Part shown: piece by piece, positions 1 to 12,174 of the stretch
How the letters are laid out: every line of letters starts with the position of its first letter
Numbering within the stretch: the stretch's first letter is position 1
DNA from: Octopus vulgaris
Lineage: Eukaryota
NCBI GenBank assembly: GCA_951406725.2
Contig: OX597823.1
Location: 90,954,001 to 91,018,000, forward strand
DNA: 64,000 bases
Direction of reading: 5' to 3'
Notes under the pieces: model-generated
What the model was told of the DNA's origin: nothing
Database searches by the model: none
What the model saw: only the letters and a program-made list of their open reading frames with translations
Program-made: the position numbers and the translations under genes

Positions 1-350
1 GCAGATGACAATGTGTCTCTATAAGAAATGGAGAAACTTTCAAAATACAAAGACCTGGAAATAGAGGTAACCAGAATATGGAATCTAAAAACAGAAACAA
101 TTCCTATCATAGTAGGTGCATTAGGCATGATAAAAAAATATTCAGACAAATACATAACAAAAACACCAGGACTTATAAACACATATAACATACAGAAAAT
201 TGCACTACTAGGCACTGCACACATCCTACGCAGAACACTTTCCATACAATAACCATCAGAGCATCACAACAAATCACAGCACATACCCAAGGCACACAGA
301 GCTGCGCTCGGTAGGGAAGTGAAAGCACACTATAAAAATAAAACTACTGA
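1..350 (+). mobile_element. 3' end of an RLE-clade (Dong/R4-like) non-LTR retrotransposon: endonuclease C-terminus and 3' UTR, ending in (TAA)n
   Basis: ORF 28-252 has KLSKYKDL...W...PIIVGALG...IQKIALLGTAHILRR, typical of the restriction-like endonuclease end of R4/Dong elements. It is followed by a ~100 bp UTR and (TAA)n at 351-427. Confidence 0.8.
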
Positions 351-374
351 ATGATAATAATAATAATAATAATG

Positions 375-405
<31 letters not shown>

Positions 406-427
406 TAATAATAATAATAATAATAAT

Positions 428-644
428 TCTTTTATCCTTTCATTTGTTTCAGTCATTTGACTGTGGCTATGCTGGAGCACTGCCTTTAGTCAAACAAATC
501 GACCCCAGAACCGATTCTTTGTAAGCCTAGTACTTATTCGATTGGTCTCTTTTGCTGAACTGCCGAATGGTTGTTAAGCAATGCTATGTGGACAAACACA
601 GCCGCACAAACATATACATACATATATATACATACATGTATATG

Positions 645-682
<38 letters not shown>

Positions 683-845
683 TATGGGCTTCTTTCAATT
701 TCCGTCTACCAAATTCACTCAGAAGGTTTTGGTTGACCCGAGGCTATAGCAGAAGATACTTGCTGAATGTACCATGATGTGGGATCAAACTGAGAACCAT
801 GTGATTGGGAAGCAAGCTTCTAACCACACAGCCACTCCTGCACCT
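428..845 (-). mobile_element. tRNA-derived SINE family A (CORE-like centre, internal CA/TA microsatellite)
   Basis: Minus-strand head GGTGCAGGAGTGGCTGTGTGGTTAG (A box) with a decayed B box. Matches more than ten other copies in the window. Confidence 0.85.
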
Positions 846-949
846 AAAGATAATAATAATAATAATAGTAATAATAATAATATTTGCTTTAAATGCTAGC
901 ATAAGGCCAATGATTAGAGGTGGGTGTTTAGATGATTTTATTGTCTTTA

Positions 950-1775
950 GTACTCATCCAGTACCTATGATACTGACCCCAAAAGGACAAATGACAAGAT
1001 TGCCCTTGGCTGAATTTGAACTCAGAATGAAAAAAAGCATCAAAAGAAATGTTGCTGAGTGTTTTGTCTGATATGCTAATAATCCCCAAAGTTTGCTGCC
1101 AGAGTGATAATCCTTTTCATTAAAGGCACAAGGCTTGAGATTTTGCAGAAGGGGGCTAATTAATTATATTGACTCTAATGCTCAGCTGCAATTAATTTTT
1201 TTTGACCCCTGAAAGGGTGAAAGGCAAAGTCAACCTTGGTGGAATTTGAACTCAGAATGTAAAGATGGATAAAATATTGCTAAGCATTTTTCCTAGTGTG
1301 CTAATGATTCTTTTCTTCTCTAGGCACAAGGCCCGAAATGTTTGGGAGAGGGTCCCATTTGATTAGATCGACCCCAGTACGCAACTGGTACTTAATTTAT
1401 TAGGGTGGCGAGCTGGCAGAAATGTTTGCATGCCGGGCGAAATGCGTAGCCGTATTTCGTCTGCTGCTACGTTCTGAGTTCAAATTCCGCCGAGGTCGAC
1501 TTTGCCTTTCGTCCTTTCGGGGTCGATTAAATAAGTACCAGTTACGCACTTGGGTCGATGTAATCGACTTAATCCGTTTGTCTGTCCTTGTTTGTCCCCT
1601 CTATGTTTAGCCCCTTGTGGGTAGTAAAGAAATAGGTACTTAATTTATTGACCCCAAAAGGATGAAAGGCAAAGTCAACCTTGGTGGTATTTGAACTCAA
1701 GAATGTAAAGATAAGATGAAATACTGCTAAGCATCTTTCCCAGTTCGGTAACGATTCTGCCAGCTCACTGCTTCT
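950..1775 (-). mobile_element. Cluster of three minus-strand SINE family B copies; the last is interrupted by a plus-strand copy
   Basis: Repeated motif GACCCC..AAGGATGAAAGGCAAAGTCAACCTTGGTGGAATTTGAACTCAGAA at ~975, ~1205 and ~1650. Confidence 0.75.
1402..1634 (+). mobile_element. tRNA-derived SINE family B, young copy with a 15-bp target-site duplication
   Basis: Head GGTGGCGAGCTGGCAGAA, B box GAGTTCAAATTCC, central GAGGTCGACTTTGCCTTTCGTCCTTTCGGGGTCGAT. TSD GGTACTTAATTTATT at 1387-1401 and 1635-1649. Confidence 0.9.
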
Positions 1776-2379
1776 GCTGCCTAAATCATAACAATGGTAA
1801 TCTAGAAAGATAGCATAAGAAGTATTCTGTAAGTGTATATGACTATGAAGAACTCTTGAGACATGTTAGGAAAATAAAAAAAAACAATTCTAGAGAAAAA
1901 AAAAAATCAAAGAAGAAATATATATTATAATGGAAACTAGAGTGCAATTAGATATGAAGACTTTGGATACAAGATACAGAGAACTCAGGAATATGGAGAA
2001 GAAGAAGTACTTATCTACTTTGAAGCACAAATAACATTGCAAGATGATACCAAATATAGACCTTAATGGAAAAAGTATTAGTTCTCCGAAGACATTGCAT
2101 TTTTACCAAAGTACAGAGAATGAAGTTCCTATAATACAACCTCATTTTATGAAATATTTTAACTGGTTTTTGTTTGTTTTTTTTAGGTATTTTATTGTTT
2201 TACCTGAAGCAGAACCAGGTAGGCGTAACTGTCATCTCTGCTCAGAGCCTATTTTTTCTCTCCTTTCTTTTGCTATAAATTGCCAAGTTCTCTCTTCACA
2301 CACACACACACACACACACACACATGAGTGCCATTGAATGGTGGTATGGGATAAGGCTGAACACATTTAGTTATATATT

Positions 2380-2730
2380 AGGTGTTTGGCTGAATGGTTA
2401 GATGGTTGGTTTCCTTTTCCAGCCTTCGTGGTCCTTGGTTCAACTCCTCCATGTGATCATTTTTGATTTATAGCCATGCTTCAACACATAATTTGCGAAT
2501 GAAACTGGGTAGAGGGAAACTGGACAGAAGTCTATTCGATGGTCAATTCCTGTAATTTAAAGGTTCACCCTTGTCACATACAAACAAAACAGACACATTC
2601 CCGTGTCACACTGAATCTGCTGAGGATTACATTAAGGCTACATGTGACTGAGGTATACTCAGCCATTTGAATATTAATTCAAGGGTAGATAATTCAGTTC
2701 AGATCAAACAACTGAGTCTTCCTCATCAAA
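2380..2730 (+). mobile_element. Degenerate tRNA-headed SINE with a family D-type 3' half
   Basis: TGGCTGAATGGTTAG and GGTTCAACTCC boxes. 3' part resembles 23650-23800. Confidence 0.5.
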
Positions 2731-2807
2731 CAATGATGATCCACTGCTGCTGCCACCGCTGCCACCACCACTGCTGCCACAGCCATTGCCAGCAGCAGCA
2801 ACAGCAG

Positions 2808-3135
2808 GAAGCACAATGGCCCAGTGGTTAGGGCAGCGGATTCACGGTCGAAGGATCGCGGTTTCGATTCCCAGACCGGGCGTTGTATGTGTTTATTGAG
2901 CAAAAACACCTAAAGCTCCACAAGGCTCTGGCAGTAGGTGGTGGCGACCCCTGTTGTACTCTTTCGCTCCAACTTTCTCTCACTCTTTCTTCTAGTTTCT
3001 TGACCCCGACTTCCTACGCAACCGCTGAACCTCTCGGTGTTGGGGGTTGACCTGCTTTCTCTTCTGCGGGTCTTACAAATAGCAAAGGACCAACGTTTCG
3101 GACTTCTCCCAAGGGACGAAGACCGCTTCGTTCAA
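2808..3135 (+). mobile_element. tRNA-derived SINE family C
   Basis: Head GCACAATGGCCCAGTGGTTAGGGCAGCGG and GGTTTCGATTCCC, (CAAA)n-like tail. Homologous to 5891-6055. Confidence 0.8.
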
Positions 3136-3370
3136 CAAACAAAGAAACAAACAAACAAACAAAGCAGCAGCAGCACCCCCACCACCACCATCGCCACTGT
3201 CACCATCAAACTTAACACCAATATCAGAATGATAAGCCGTCAGGTAAACGCTATTCAGAGATGCTGAAGGTAGAAAGTCGATACAAACTTGTCACTGGTT
3301 CAAATACGGTTGAGGCATGTTCAAACCCTTAAGAAAGCCTTTCCCTGTATTTTGCCAGGAAGAAAATTTC

Positions 3371-3752
3371 TCATCATCACCATCACCATCATCATCACCA
3401 TCATCATCATCACCATTATCCTCCTCATCATCATCATCATCACCACCATCATCACCATTATCATCACTATCATCGTCATCAGCTTCATCATCATCAGCTT
3501 CATTATCATCATTATCATCACCAGCAACATCGTCACCATCATCATCAGGTCTGCGACCAACACTACCAATGGCATCATCATCATCATCACCATTATCCTC
3601 ATCATCATCATCACCACCACCATCATCACCATTATCATCACTATCATCGTTATCAGCTTAATCATCACCATTATCATCACCAGCAACATCGTCACCATCA
3701 TCATCATGTCTGCGACCAACACCACCAATGGCATCATCATCATCATCACCAC
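3371..3752. repeat. Imperfect (CAT/CAC)n array with a higher-order ~160 bp duplication, abutting a minus-strand RTE tail
   Basis: The segment CCAGCAACATCGTCACCATCATCATC..TCTGCGACCAACAC.ACCAATGGC occurs at ~3520 and ~3680. Confidence 0.85.
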
Positions 3753-3960
3753 TATTTAGTGCCCGTTTTCCATGATGGCTTGGGTTTGATGGTTTGAGAG
3801 GAGCTGGTAAATCAGAAGACTGCTCCAGACTCCAATGATTGCTTTGGTGTGGTTGCCATGGCTGGATGCCCTTCCTCACACCAAACACTTTACAAAATGT
3901 ACATGGTGCTTTTTTTGTGGCACCAACACCAGTGAGGTCACCAACACCAGTGAGGTATGG
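3753..3960 (-). mobile_element. RTE-type LINE 3' tail
   Basis: GCTGGATGCCCTTCCT motif and CCGTTTTCCATG, matching the 3' end attached to the RTE ORF at 36.2-37.5 kb. Confidence 0.7.
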
Positions 3961-4289
3961 GCAAGAAACCCCTAATTGGGAGTGGTTGGCATAGTATTGA
4001 GGGACAGGAAATGTCTTGCATTAGAAGAGAAGTAGGGCCACCGCAGTTGGAAGGTGAGAGAGAGAGAGAGTGAGAAGCTGGTGAAGATGTGACAGAAAGG
4101 GGGCACGGGCCCTAGACCCAAATCCCAAGGAGGTGTATAAAGTGAGGAAGACTGGGGATTGGAGAGGATGATTGGGTGGGTGAGGTCACAAAATTGCAAA
4201 CAGAGTGAAAGCTGGGGTTGGGGATGTAATGCATGAGCACTGGTGGGTGAGGGGGTATTAGGAGGATATACAGTAGGGAGCATCCCACC

Positions 4290-4435
4290 CTGTAAAGTGG
4301 TGGGTGTGAGGAAGGGCATTCAGCCACAAAAATGATACCAAGAAAGACAGTGGAGCTTGGCACACTCCTCTGGCTTGCCAGCTTCTGTTAAACTGTCCAA
4401 CCCATGCTAGCATGGAAAACAGGTGCTAGCTGATG
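4290..4435 (+). mobile_element. RTE-type LINE 3' tail
   Basis: GGAAGGGCATTCAGCC...AAACTGTCCAACCCATGCTAGCATGGAAAA followed by (GAT)n. Confidence 0.75.
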
Positions 4436-4613
4436 ATGATGATGGTGGTGATGATGATGGTGATGATGTTGGTGATGGTGATGATGGTGATAATAATGAT
4501 GATGATAGTGAAGATGGTGATGATGGTGGTGGTGATGATGGTGATAATGGTGATGATGTTGGTGGTGATGCTGCTGCTGCTGCTGATGATGATGATGGTA
4601 AGGATGATGATGG

Positions 4614-4645
<32 letters not shown>

Positions 4646-4682
4646 ATGATGATAACGATGGTGATGATGGTGATGGTGATGG

Positions 4683-4714
<32 letters not shown>

Positions 4715-4925
4715 ATGATGATAACGATGGTGATGATGGTGATGGTGATGGTGATGATGATGATGATGATGATGGTGGTGATAATGATGATGATTATGAT
4801 GATGGTGATGATGGTGAAGATGATGACGATGAAGATGATGATGATGGTGATGATGATGATGGTGATGATGAAACCGTGCCAACTAAATAATCTAACACTA
4901 ACTTATCAAGATGATGATGATGCCA
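4431..4925. repeat. (GAT/GGT)n trinucleotide array
   Basis: Seen directly; accounts for the poly-D, poly-H and poly-M ORFs. Confidence 0.95.
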
Positions 4926-5134
4926 GGTGACCGATCAAAAGTAACAGAGGTCCACATCCTGTTACCAAATGTGCCTGTGTTTCCCATTGGTCAGGCACTG
5001 AGCTGCCCCTGCTCATTCTTTTTAACCAGAAATGTATTTCATGAAGAGACAAATTTCACTGCTGTCAGCTAAAAACCACAATAGGAAAGAATTCCTTGAG
5101 TTCACTGTTGGGCTTCTATGGATAGAGATTATCT

Positions 5135-5870
5135 TTAATCTTTAATCTTTCACTTGTTTCAACTACTAGACTGTGGCCATGCTGGGGCACAGCTTTGAAA
5201 GGTTTCAGTCAAACAAATCAACTCGTGTTCCTCATCTATTTTCAAAAGACCATTTTTGTCTTTTACTTGTTTCAGTCATTAGGCTGTGGCCATGCTGGGG
5301 CACTGCCTTGGAGAATTTTTAGCTGAATCTATTGACCCAGTACTAATTTCTTTAAAGCCTGGTACTAATTTAATTGATCTCTTTTGCTGAACTGCTAAGT
5401 TATTGGGACATAAACACACCAGCACTGGTGGTGATGAAGGAGACAAACACACACACACACATGGCAGACTTCTTTCTGTCCATTACATCCACTCACAAGG
5501 CTTGGGTTGGTCCAAAGTTACAGTAGAAGACACACACACACACGGTACGTAAAAAGTGCTCCATACACTCTGTAAAGTGGTTGGCATTAGAAATGGCATC
5601 CAGCTGTAAAAACCAAGCCAAAAGAGACAAAATGGAGCCTGGACAGTGCTCCAGCTGGTCAGTTGCTGTAAGACTGTCCAACCCTTGCCACCATAAAAAA
5701 ACATTAAATGATGATGATGATGATAATGATTATGATTTATAAGACAGGCTTCCAATGTTTTGGTCAGCCCAAGGCTGCAGTAGAAGACATTTGCCCAAGG
5801 TAACACACAGTGGGATTGAACCCAGAACCATTTGGTTTGGAAGCCAACTTCTTACTACAAGGACATGACC
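5135..5870 (-). mobile_element. SINE family A pieces interrupted by a plus-strand RTE tail (5545-5725)
   Basis: GACTGTGGCCATGCTGGGGCAC tails at ~5170 and ~5283, head at 5760-5865, RTE motif GGCATCCAGCTGTAAAA at ~5595. Confidence 0.7.
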
Positions 5871-5890
5871 GAAGAAAAAAATTCATATAG

Positions 5891-6110
5891 AGGCGCAATG
5901 GCCTAGTGGTTAGGGCAGCGGACTCGCGGTCGCAGGATCGCGGTTTCGATTCTCAGACCGGGCGTTGTGTGTGTTTATTGAGCGAAAACACCTAAAAGCT
6001 CTACGAGGCTCCGGCAGGGGGTGGTGGCGATCCCTGCTGTACTCTTTCACCACAATGGCGGTGCCCCAGCATGGCCACAGCTCAAGAGCTGAAACTGGAA
6101 AAACAAAAAC
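5891..6110 (+). mobile_element. tRNA-derived SINE family C
   Basis: GGCGCAATGGCCTAGTGGTTAGGGCAGCGGACTCGCGGTC...GGTTTCGATTCTC. The tail GTGCCCCAGCATGGCCACAG is shared with family A. Confidence 0.8.
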
Positions 6111-6521
6111 AAACAAAACAATATCATCAATCTGGTTATCACATAACCATGGAAACAATTTAAAAAATAAAAATTTCCATTATTTATTCTATTTATTACA
6201 TTTGCGTGAGTTAACTAACATTTTATTCATTGATTGACGGAAGTGATGAATAAATGCTCTGAGAAAAACACCCACACAAACAATACAAAACACTACCCAT
6301 GCCCACCCCTGCCATCGCTGCAACATCTTGATCTTGCCACAGCATAGTTTTGTAGTTTAAAACTGATAAACAGAAACTTCAAGACTAAATTGAATAGAAA
6401 TCGATAAAAGAGAGAAACAAACCATGAACAGTTGAAACGAAAGAAATTAGACGACAAGTTTAAGTGGCGGAGACACAGAGAGCAAGGTTGTGAAGGTGTG
6501 ACTGTGCTTGACATCACTTAC

Positions 6522-7116
6522 GAAGAAGAGGAAGAAGAAGATAGAAGAAGAAGAAGAAGAAGAAGAAGAAGAAGAAGATGAAGGAGGAAGAGGAAGAGGA
6601 GAAGAAGATGAAGGAGGAGGAGGAGAAGAAGAAGAAGAAGGAGGAGGAGAAGAAGAAGAAGAGGAAGGAGAAGGACAAGAAGAAGGAGAAGGAGAAGAAG
6701 AAGAAGAAGAAGAAGGAGAAGAAGAAGAAGAAGGAGGAGAAGAGGAAGGAGGAGAAGAAGATGACGGAGAAGGAGAAGAAGAAAAAGAAGAAGAAGAAGA
6801 AGAAACAATAAGAAAGAAGAAGAAGGAGGCGGAGGCGGAGGAGGAGAAGAAGACGAAGAAGAAGAAAAAGAAGAAGAGGAAGGAGAAGGAGAAGAAAAAG
6901 AAGAAGAAGGTGAAGAAGGAGAAGGAGAAGAAGAAGAAGAAGAAGAAGAAGAAGAAGAAGAAGAAGGAAAAAGAAGAAGGAGAAGAAGAAGAAGAAGAAG
7001 AAGAAGGAGAAGAAGAAGAAGAGAAGAAGAAGAAGAGAGGAAGGAAGAGAAGAGGAGAAGAAGGAAGAAGAAAAGGAAGAAGAAGAAGAAGAAGAAGAAG
7101 AAGAAGAAGAAGAGAA

Positions 7117-7148
<32 letters not shown>

Positions 7149-7160
7149 TAGAAGGAAAAA
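6522..7160. repeat. ~640 bp (GAA/GGA)n polypurine tract
   Basis: Seen directly; source of the poly-E/K ORFs. Confidence 0.95.
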
Positions 7161-7399
7161 AACCAATCAGACGTGCGATGGTATCTTGCAATATTTTTAC
7201 AGCACAAAGAAAACACAATAAAAACTCCGACAGACGAGAGAGAACCGGTCAGGACATTAATAGTGGACGGTTATGAAAAATTTCTTTCTTTTCTTTCTGT
7301 CTTTCTGGCCAGTTGAATTAATCGGAACGAATTGGAGAATATTTCTTGGTTTTCAATAAAACAAGTAATAAATTAGCTAATACTGAGAATAATACACAA

Positions 7400-7464
<65 letters not shown>

Positions 7465-7640
7465 AAGGTGGACGTTAAAAAATGATGATGATGATGTACA
7501 TATTTTTATATGTATATATATATGTATATATATGTATATATAAGTGTATATATATATGTATATATATATATATATATATTAATATATGATGGAAGGTGGA
7601 CGTTAAACAATGTTGATAATGTTGTACATATTTAACATAA

Positions 7641-7674
<34 letters not shown>

Positions 7675-8041
7675 GTTTATAGTAATGGTATGACAACAAA
7701 AGAATGAATAAAACCTTGGTATTATGTAAATAGATGAATTTATCTGTAATATAATATGTGATAATTTCCCTTTGTTTAACTGTCATTTTCATAGCATTTT
7801 TCGTTTGCCTCGACAACTGATGAGATGTCGGTGCAGATTTCCGCCTTGACATCCAAAACTCGGAGTCTTGTTATGGCAACCGAATACTTGTCACATATCA
7901 TATTACAGATATATAAATAAATAAATAAATATATATATATATATTAATATATCATGGAAGGTGGACGTTAAACAATGATGACGATGATGTACATATTTAT
8001 ATATATGTATATATATATATATATATATATGTAAATGTCTA

Positions 8042-8084
<43 letters not shown>

Positions 8085-8121
8085 ATAAGCAAAATAAGCA
8101 ACAAAAATATCTTTAGTAATT

Positions 8122-8205
8122 TGGTACGATCGTTTCATGCTACATCATTTTGTTAAACATTGTAAGTATTACAACTGTCTTAAAATGTTGAGCAATCATC
8201 AGCCA
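8122..8205 (-). ncRNA. Type I hammerhead ribozyme motif in a PLE-like remnant
   Basis: Minus strand: tgg CTGATGA ttgctcaacatttt...aaaatgatgtagcat GAAA cgatcg TA cca. Palindromic stem III, long stem II. Confidence 0.65.
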
Positions 8206-8540
8206 TTTATAGAGGTTTTCCATTCATACATATTTTCATATTAATTGATAAATTAATTGATATATATATATATATATAAATATATATTTATATATCATTG
8301 CTATTATGCAAAAGTGTCATAAGTCAAATAAAAAAATTTTTCTCAGAAAATGATGAAGCATTTTCACCATTCCATAGCAAAACTGTTATACTAAACTTTG
8401 TCGATTTTCTTATCTTGGCATCTAAAGCTGCTGGAGATACGATAGTTTGACCAAAAGAGGCGGCTATTACAAGCAAAAATAAGTATTGAAAAAACGCATT
8501 TGGACAAATTTGGACATACAACAGTTTAATATAATAGCAA

Positions 8541-8579
<39 letters not shown>

Positions 8580-8599
8580 GTCTATGTATATATATATAT

Positions 8600-9045
8600 A
8601 TATAAATGGATGAATGAATTATCCTTTGCTTACCGTTAACATGGAAAATTCAATAAACTGTTACCAGGGTAGCAAAATTCATGCAAATAACACGGTTGAA
8701 GCGACCTATTCAAAGGTAGAAACTCCAAGTTAATGTGTAGTAATTTGTGTAGTATAAGTAAATAAATGGAGTTGAACGAAGATGTTATTAAAATTCTTTT
8801 ACTTTTGACATATGTTTCGAAGACAACATGGTTTTATTCCAAAGGAAGGGAGCCTATCTCAACAACAAGACATTATAACAATTATAATAATTGTTATAAT
8901 GTCTTGTTGTTGCGATAGGCTCCTTTCTTTCCTGATGAGAAGATTGCATTTTACACCGTTTATTCCTTTGGAATAAAACCATGTTGTCTTCGAAAGTAAA
9001 AGAATTTTAATAACATCTTCGTTAAACTCCATTTATTTACTTATA
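8600..9045. mobile_element. Non-autonomous PLE-like element with a ~290 bp terminal palindrome (8753-9045), flanked by (TA)n
   Basis: Arms TATAAGTAAATAAATGGAG... and ...CTCCATTTATTTACTTATA around a centre at ~8887. 8600-8760 recurs inverted at 29640-29800. Confidence 0.65.
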
Positions 9046-9061
9046 TATATATATATATATA

Positions 9062-9430
9062 CTAGCAGTATTGCCCGGCGTTGCTCGGGTTTGTAAGGGA
9101 AATAACTATAAAGCATTTTTAGAGAGTTATAGCCAAAAAATGGAAAAAAAATGATGGTAAATTTTTTTAGTTAAAAAGGTCGAGTTGCGTCCCCATGACA
9201 GTCTGTGGTTTGTGTTTCTGATTCTCGACCCCATGTCGAATTTATCGATTTTTTTCAGAACTGGGGGAACTTTTCACAATTTTCGCTGCGTTAGTTTTGA
9301 ATTATGACATTGGGCTATGTGTGTGTCAAGTTTCATCAGAATCGGTTGAAAGCCGTGGTCAGGGTGAGGGTACAACCTAACAGACACACAGAAACACACA
9401 CAGACAAACTGCTGTTTATATATAGAGAGA
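9062..9430 (-). mobile_element. Non-autonomous Helitron
   Basis: Minus strand starts TC(TCTCTATATATAAA) and ends with hairpin CCCGAGCAACGCCGGG then CTAG. Same 3' end as 57650-58043. Confidence 0.75.
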
Positions 9431-9519
9431 TATATATATATAGTTTTTCCATTACCAAATCTCATGATATATATATTATATATATTAAAAATGGGGAAGG
9501 CCGGTTTATGGGATTACCT

Positions 9520-9955
9520 TAGGTTTCTTCTTCACACATCTCTCCTCATCCATCTGTAGTACATGACCATACCAATGCAAATGTATCTCCTGCATGCTGA
9601 TGCTGATGCCCCTTATGTCCAACATTTCTCTCAGAGTGCTTACACTCTGTCGTGCATTCACACTGACATTACACATCCAGCGGATCATGCTAGCTTCATT
9701 TCTTTCGAGCCTACACATGTCCTCCACAGTCACCGCCCATGTTTCACTGCCGTGAAGCATGGCAGTTTGCACACATGCATCGTACAATCTACGTTTCACT
9801 CTGAGTGAGAGACCCTTTGTCAGCAGTAGGGGTAGAAGGTTTCTAAACTTTGCCCAGGCTATTCTTATTCTAGTGGTGACACTCTCTGAGCATCCACCTC
9901 CACTACTAACTTGGTCACCTAGATAGCGGAAGCTATCAACTACTCTCACAATGTT
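9520..9955 (-). pseudogene. RTE-clade LINE reverse transcriptase C-terminal fragment
   Basis: VVDSFRYLGDQVSSGGG...RIRIAWAKFRNLLPLL...MLHGSETWA...WYGHVLQM. Confidence 0.85.
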
Positions 9956-9959
9956 CATC

Positions 9960-10150
9960 AATCATCATCATCATCATCGTTTAACGTCCGCTTTCCAATG
10001 CTAGCATGGGTTGGACGATTTGACTGAGGTCTGGCAAACCAGATGGCTGCACCAGGCTCCAATCTTGATCTAACAGAGTTTCTACAGCTGGATGCCCTTC
10101 CTAACACCAACCACTCCGAGAGTGTAGTGGGTACTTTTACGTGCCACCTG
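9960..10150 (-). mobile_element. RTE-type LINE 3' tail with (GAT)n
   Basis: CATCATCGTTTAACGTCCGCTTTCCAATGCTAGCATGGGTTGG...GCTGGATGCCCTTCCTAAC. Confidence 0.85.
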
Positions 10151-10617
10151 CACATCAAATAATCCATGCGTGGCTGAAAAATATATTTAGTAGACATGAC
10201 CCATTACTATCGCAAACAGCAGTGGGTTTCTTCATTTTCGTACACATCGTTGATTAGTTAGAATTACCCAAATACGACAAGTTTAACATAAAATGACTTC
10301 TAAAATACAAAATATTGTCAAAAACACTGAAAGTAAATCCTGTTCAGCATGAGAAATTACACCATTATACAAAGTTTCAAACTGTTTTAGTTAAAAAAAA
10401 AGGTAATTTATAAATCTGTAAGTCAAACTGAAGAGATCCCTTCTGTAAATGATGGAAGTAAGCTAGAAATCTAAATCTTAGCGAACAGTCTGTATACTTA
10501 TTGATCATACCTTGTATATATATATATATATATTTATACCTGTGCACATATATATATACATATACATACATACATACAAATATATATATATATACATTTA
10601 TATATATATATATATAA

Positions 10618-10713
<96 letters not shown>

Positions 10714-11185
10714 TGTATATATATGTATCTATTTTTGTGTATATATAAGGCAGAAATCCCCAGCAAAAGTCTTTAAAAATAACTTTATAGAGGAAATGGT
10801 TAAAATGAAAAGAAATTTCAAAAATATAAATGAAAAATAAGAATAGAAAAACACCCCAAAAAGCTCCACAAAACAACCAGATGTAAATGAAAAGATAACA
10901 AAAAATCCGGAGATTTAAAAGTTTGACAACATACATATGGCAGAGGAATAAAATAAACAGGAATATAAGAATGAAGGAAAAGGAAAAGAAAATCAAACAA
11001 TTCCACCCCCACGCCCACCGCCATCACACATTTTGCATAAGAAAAGATAAAAGAAAGAGAGAACGAAAGAAAAAGAAATTTAGGACTATGGTTAGAGAAA
11101 GAGGGGGCGTGGACAGAGAGCCTGTGTGTGTGAAAGAGAGAGAGGGAGAAAGAAAGAGAGAAAGAAGGGAAGAAAGTGTTAGAGT

Positions 11186-11366
11186 GAGAGAGGCAGAGAA
11201 AGAGAGAGAAAAAGGGGAAAGAGAGAGAGAGAGAGAGAGAGATGTTATGGGGGAGAATGCAGACTAATGAAGAAACAAAATGAATAGAAAAAAGATAAGA
11301 GGTAAAAATATAATAATACTAGTAATAAAAACGAAGTATGTATGTGTATATATGTATATATGAGTG

Positions 11367-11430
<64 letters not shown>

Positions 11431-11433
11431 TAT

Positions 11434-11517
<84 letters not shown>

Positions 11518-11654
11518 GTGTATATATATATATACATATATATGGGCATGTATATCTGTGTATGTATGTGTGTATATATATATATATGGATGTATATATG
11601 TATATGTATATATGAGTATATATATATATATATATATGCATGTAAATCTGTGTA

Positions 11655-11698
<44 letters not shown>

Positions 11699-11853
11699 CA
11701 CACACACATACATACACAGATTTACATGCATATATATATATATATATATATATACTCATATATACATATACATATATACATCCATATATATATATATACA
11801 CACATACATACACAGATATACATGCCCATATATATGTATATATATATATACAC

Positions 11854-11915
<62 letters not shown>

Positions 11916-11924
11916 TTATATATG

Positions 11925-11991
<67 letters not shown>

Positions 11992-12174
11992 TCATATATA
12001 CATATATACACATACATACTTCGTTTTTATTACTAGTATTATTATATTTTTACCTCTTATCTTTTTTCTATTCATTTTGTTTCTTCATTAGTCTGCATTC
12101 TCCCCCATAACATCTCTCTCTCTCTCTCTCTCTCTCTCTTCACCTTTTTCTCTCTCTTTCTCTGCCTCTCTCTC
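11186..12174. repeat. ~1 kb near-perfect palindrome centred at ~11697
   Basis: Unique sequence 11242-11340 is the reverse complement of ~12015-12113, and the intervening TA/TG microsatellite pattern is also mirrored. Confidence 0.9.

Noticed and set aside
2187-2218. 32-nt micro-exon (YFIVLPEAEP) with TTTTAG and GTAGGC sites
   Set aside because: Too short to distinguish from chance splice-like motifs.
5891-5965. tRNA-Arg-like gene
   Set aside because: Continues into a repeat body shared with 2808-3135, so it is a SINE head.
6508-7221. Poly-E/K ORF
   Set aside because: Translation of a (GAA)n tract.
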